Positions 63,400 through 64,000 of a DNA stretch of 64,000 nucleotides are shown here, piece by piece. The notes below the pieces were generated by a model. It had not been told where the DNA came from. It saw nothing but the letters and a program-made list of their open reading frames with translations, and did not search any database. This DNA is from Laetmonice hystrix (taxonomy: Eukaryota). Within the stretch, counting starts at the first letter, position 1, and every line of letters begins with the position of its first letter. The translations under genes and the position numbers were made by a program. The stretch is from positions 37,946,001-38,010,000 of the forward strand of contig OZ249436.1 in assembly GCA_965235115.1 (NCBI GenBank). Reading direction: 5' to 3'.

Positions 63400-64000
63400 G
63401 GCCGGGCCAGGTTGACCCATGGACACGACGGCAGGGTCTCGGCCCGGGACTCGCGGGTCCCAGACCGGGAGGCGGGCAGCCTGCCGGGCCAGGTTGACCC
63501 ATGGACACGGCGGCAGGGTCTCAGTCTGGGATCCCGGGTCCCCAGGCCGGGAGGCGGACAGCCGGCCGGGCCAGGTTGACCCATGGACACGGCGGCAGGG
63601 TCTCAGTCTGGGATCCCGGGTCCCCAGGCCGGGAGGCGGACAGCCGGCCGGGCCAGGTTGACCCATGGACACGGCGGCAGGGTCTCAGTCTGGGATCCCG
63701 GGTCCCCAGGCCGGGAGGCGGACAGCCGGCCGGGCCAGGTTGGCCCATGGACACGGCGGCAGGGTCTCAGTCTGGGATTCCGGGTCCCCAGGCCGGGAGG
63801 CGGACAGCCGGCCGGGCCAGGTTGACCCATGGACACGGCGGCAGGGTCTCAGCCCGGGACCCCGGGTCCCCAGGCCGGGAGGCGGACAGCCGGCCGGGCC
63901 AGGTTGACCCATGGACACGGCGGCAGGGTCTCAGCCCGGGACCCCGGGTCCCCAGGCCGGGAGGCGGACAGCCGGCCGGGCCAGGTTGACCCATGGCCAC

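Larger units (their letters stand above)
62608..64000. repeat. GC-rich minisatellite, 82-bp unit, interrupted by two MITEs (runs off window end)
   Basis: Unit GGCCGGGAGGCGGACAGCCGGCCGGGCCAGGTTGACCCATGGACACGGCGGCAGGGTCTCAGTCTGGGATCCCGGGTCCCCA. Confidence 0.95.

Noticed and set aside
61070..64000. Many overlapping ORFs
   Set aside because: GC-rich minisatellite translations.

Overview
Eukaryotic (metazoan, probably marine invertebrate/lophotrochozoan-like; organism not determinable) genomic DNA. Three protein-coding genes are supported. Two are intronless atonal-family bHLH paralogs in convergent orientation (10044-10793 +, 49004-49672 -). Between them is an atypical class A GPCR-like gene (25020-27689 +) with a roughly 590-aa third intracellular loop and degenerate activation motifs. 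The rest is non-coding: about 13 unrelated minisatellite arrays, microsatellites, a full-length tRNA-derived SINE with a TSD, two LINE 3' fragments, a decayed Academ-like transposase and several MITEs, some nested. Main observations: (1) both atonal promoters share the composite ATTGGT-N12-ATTGACAAGATAAT upstream of a TATA box; (2) E-box-dense minisatellites flank the second atonal gene; (3) TAGGCCTA and related TA-G(n)C(n)-TA words are strongly enriched, and one is demonstrably an insertion at a TA, suggesting a transposon excision footprint. No database searches were run; family assignments rest on motif recognition.
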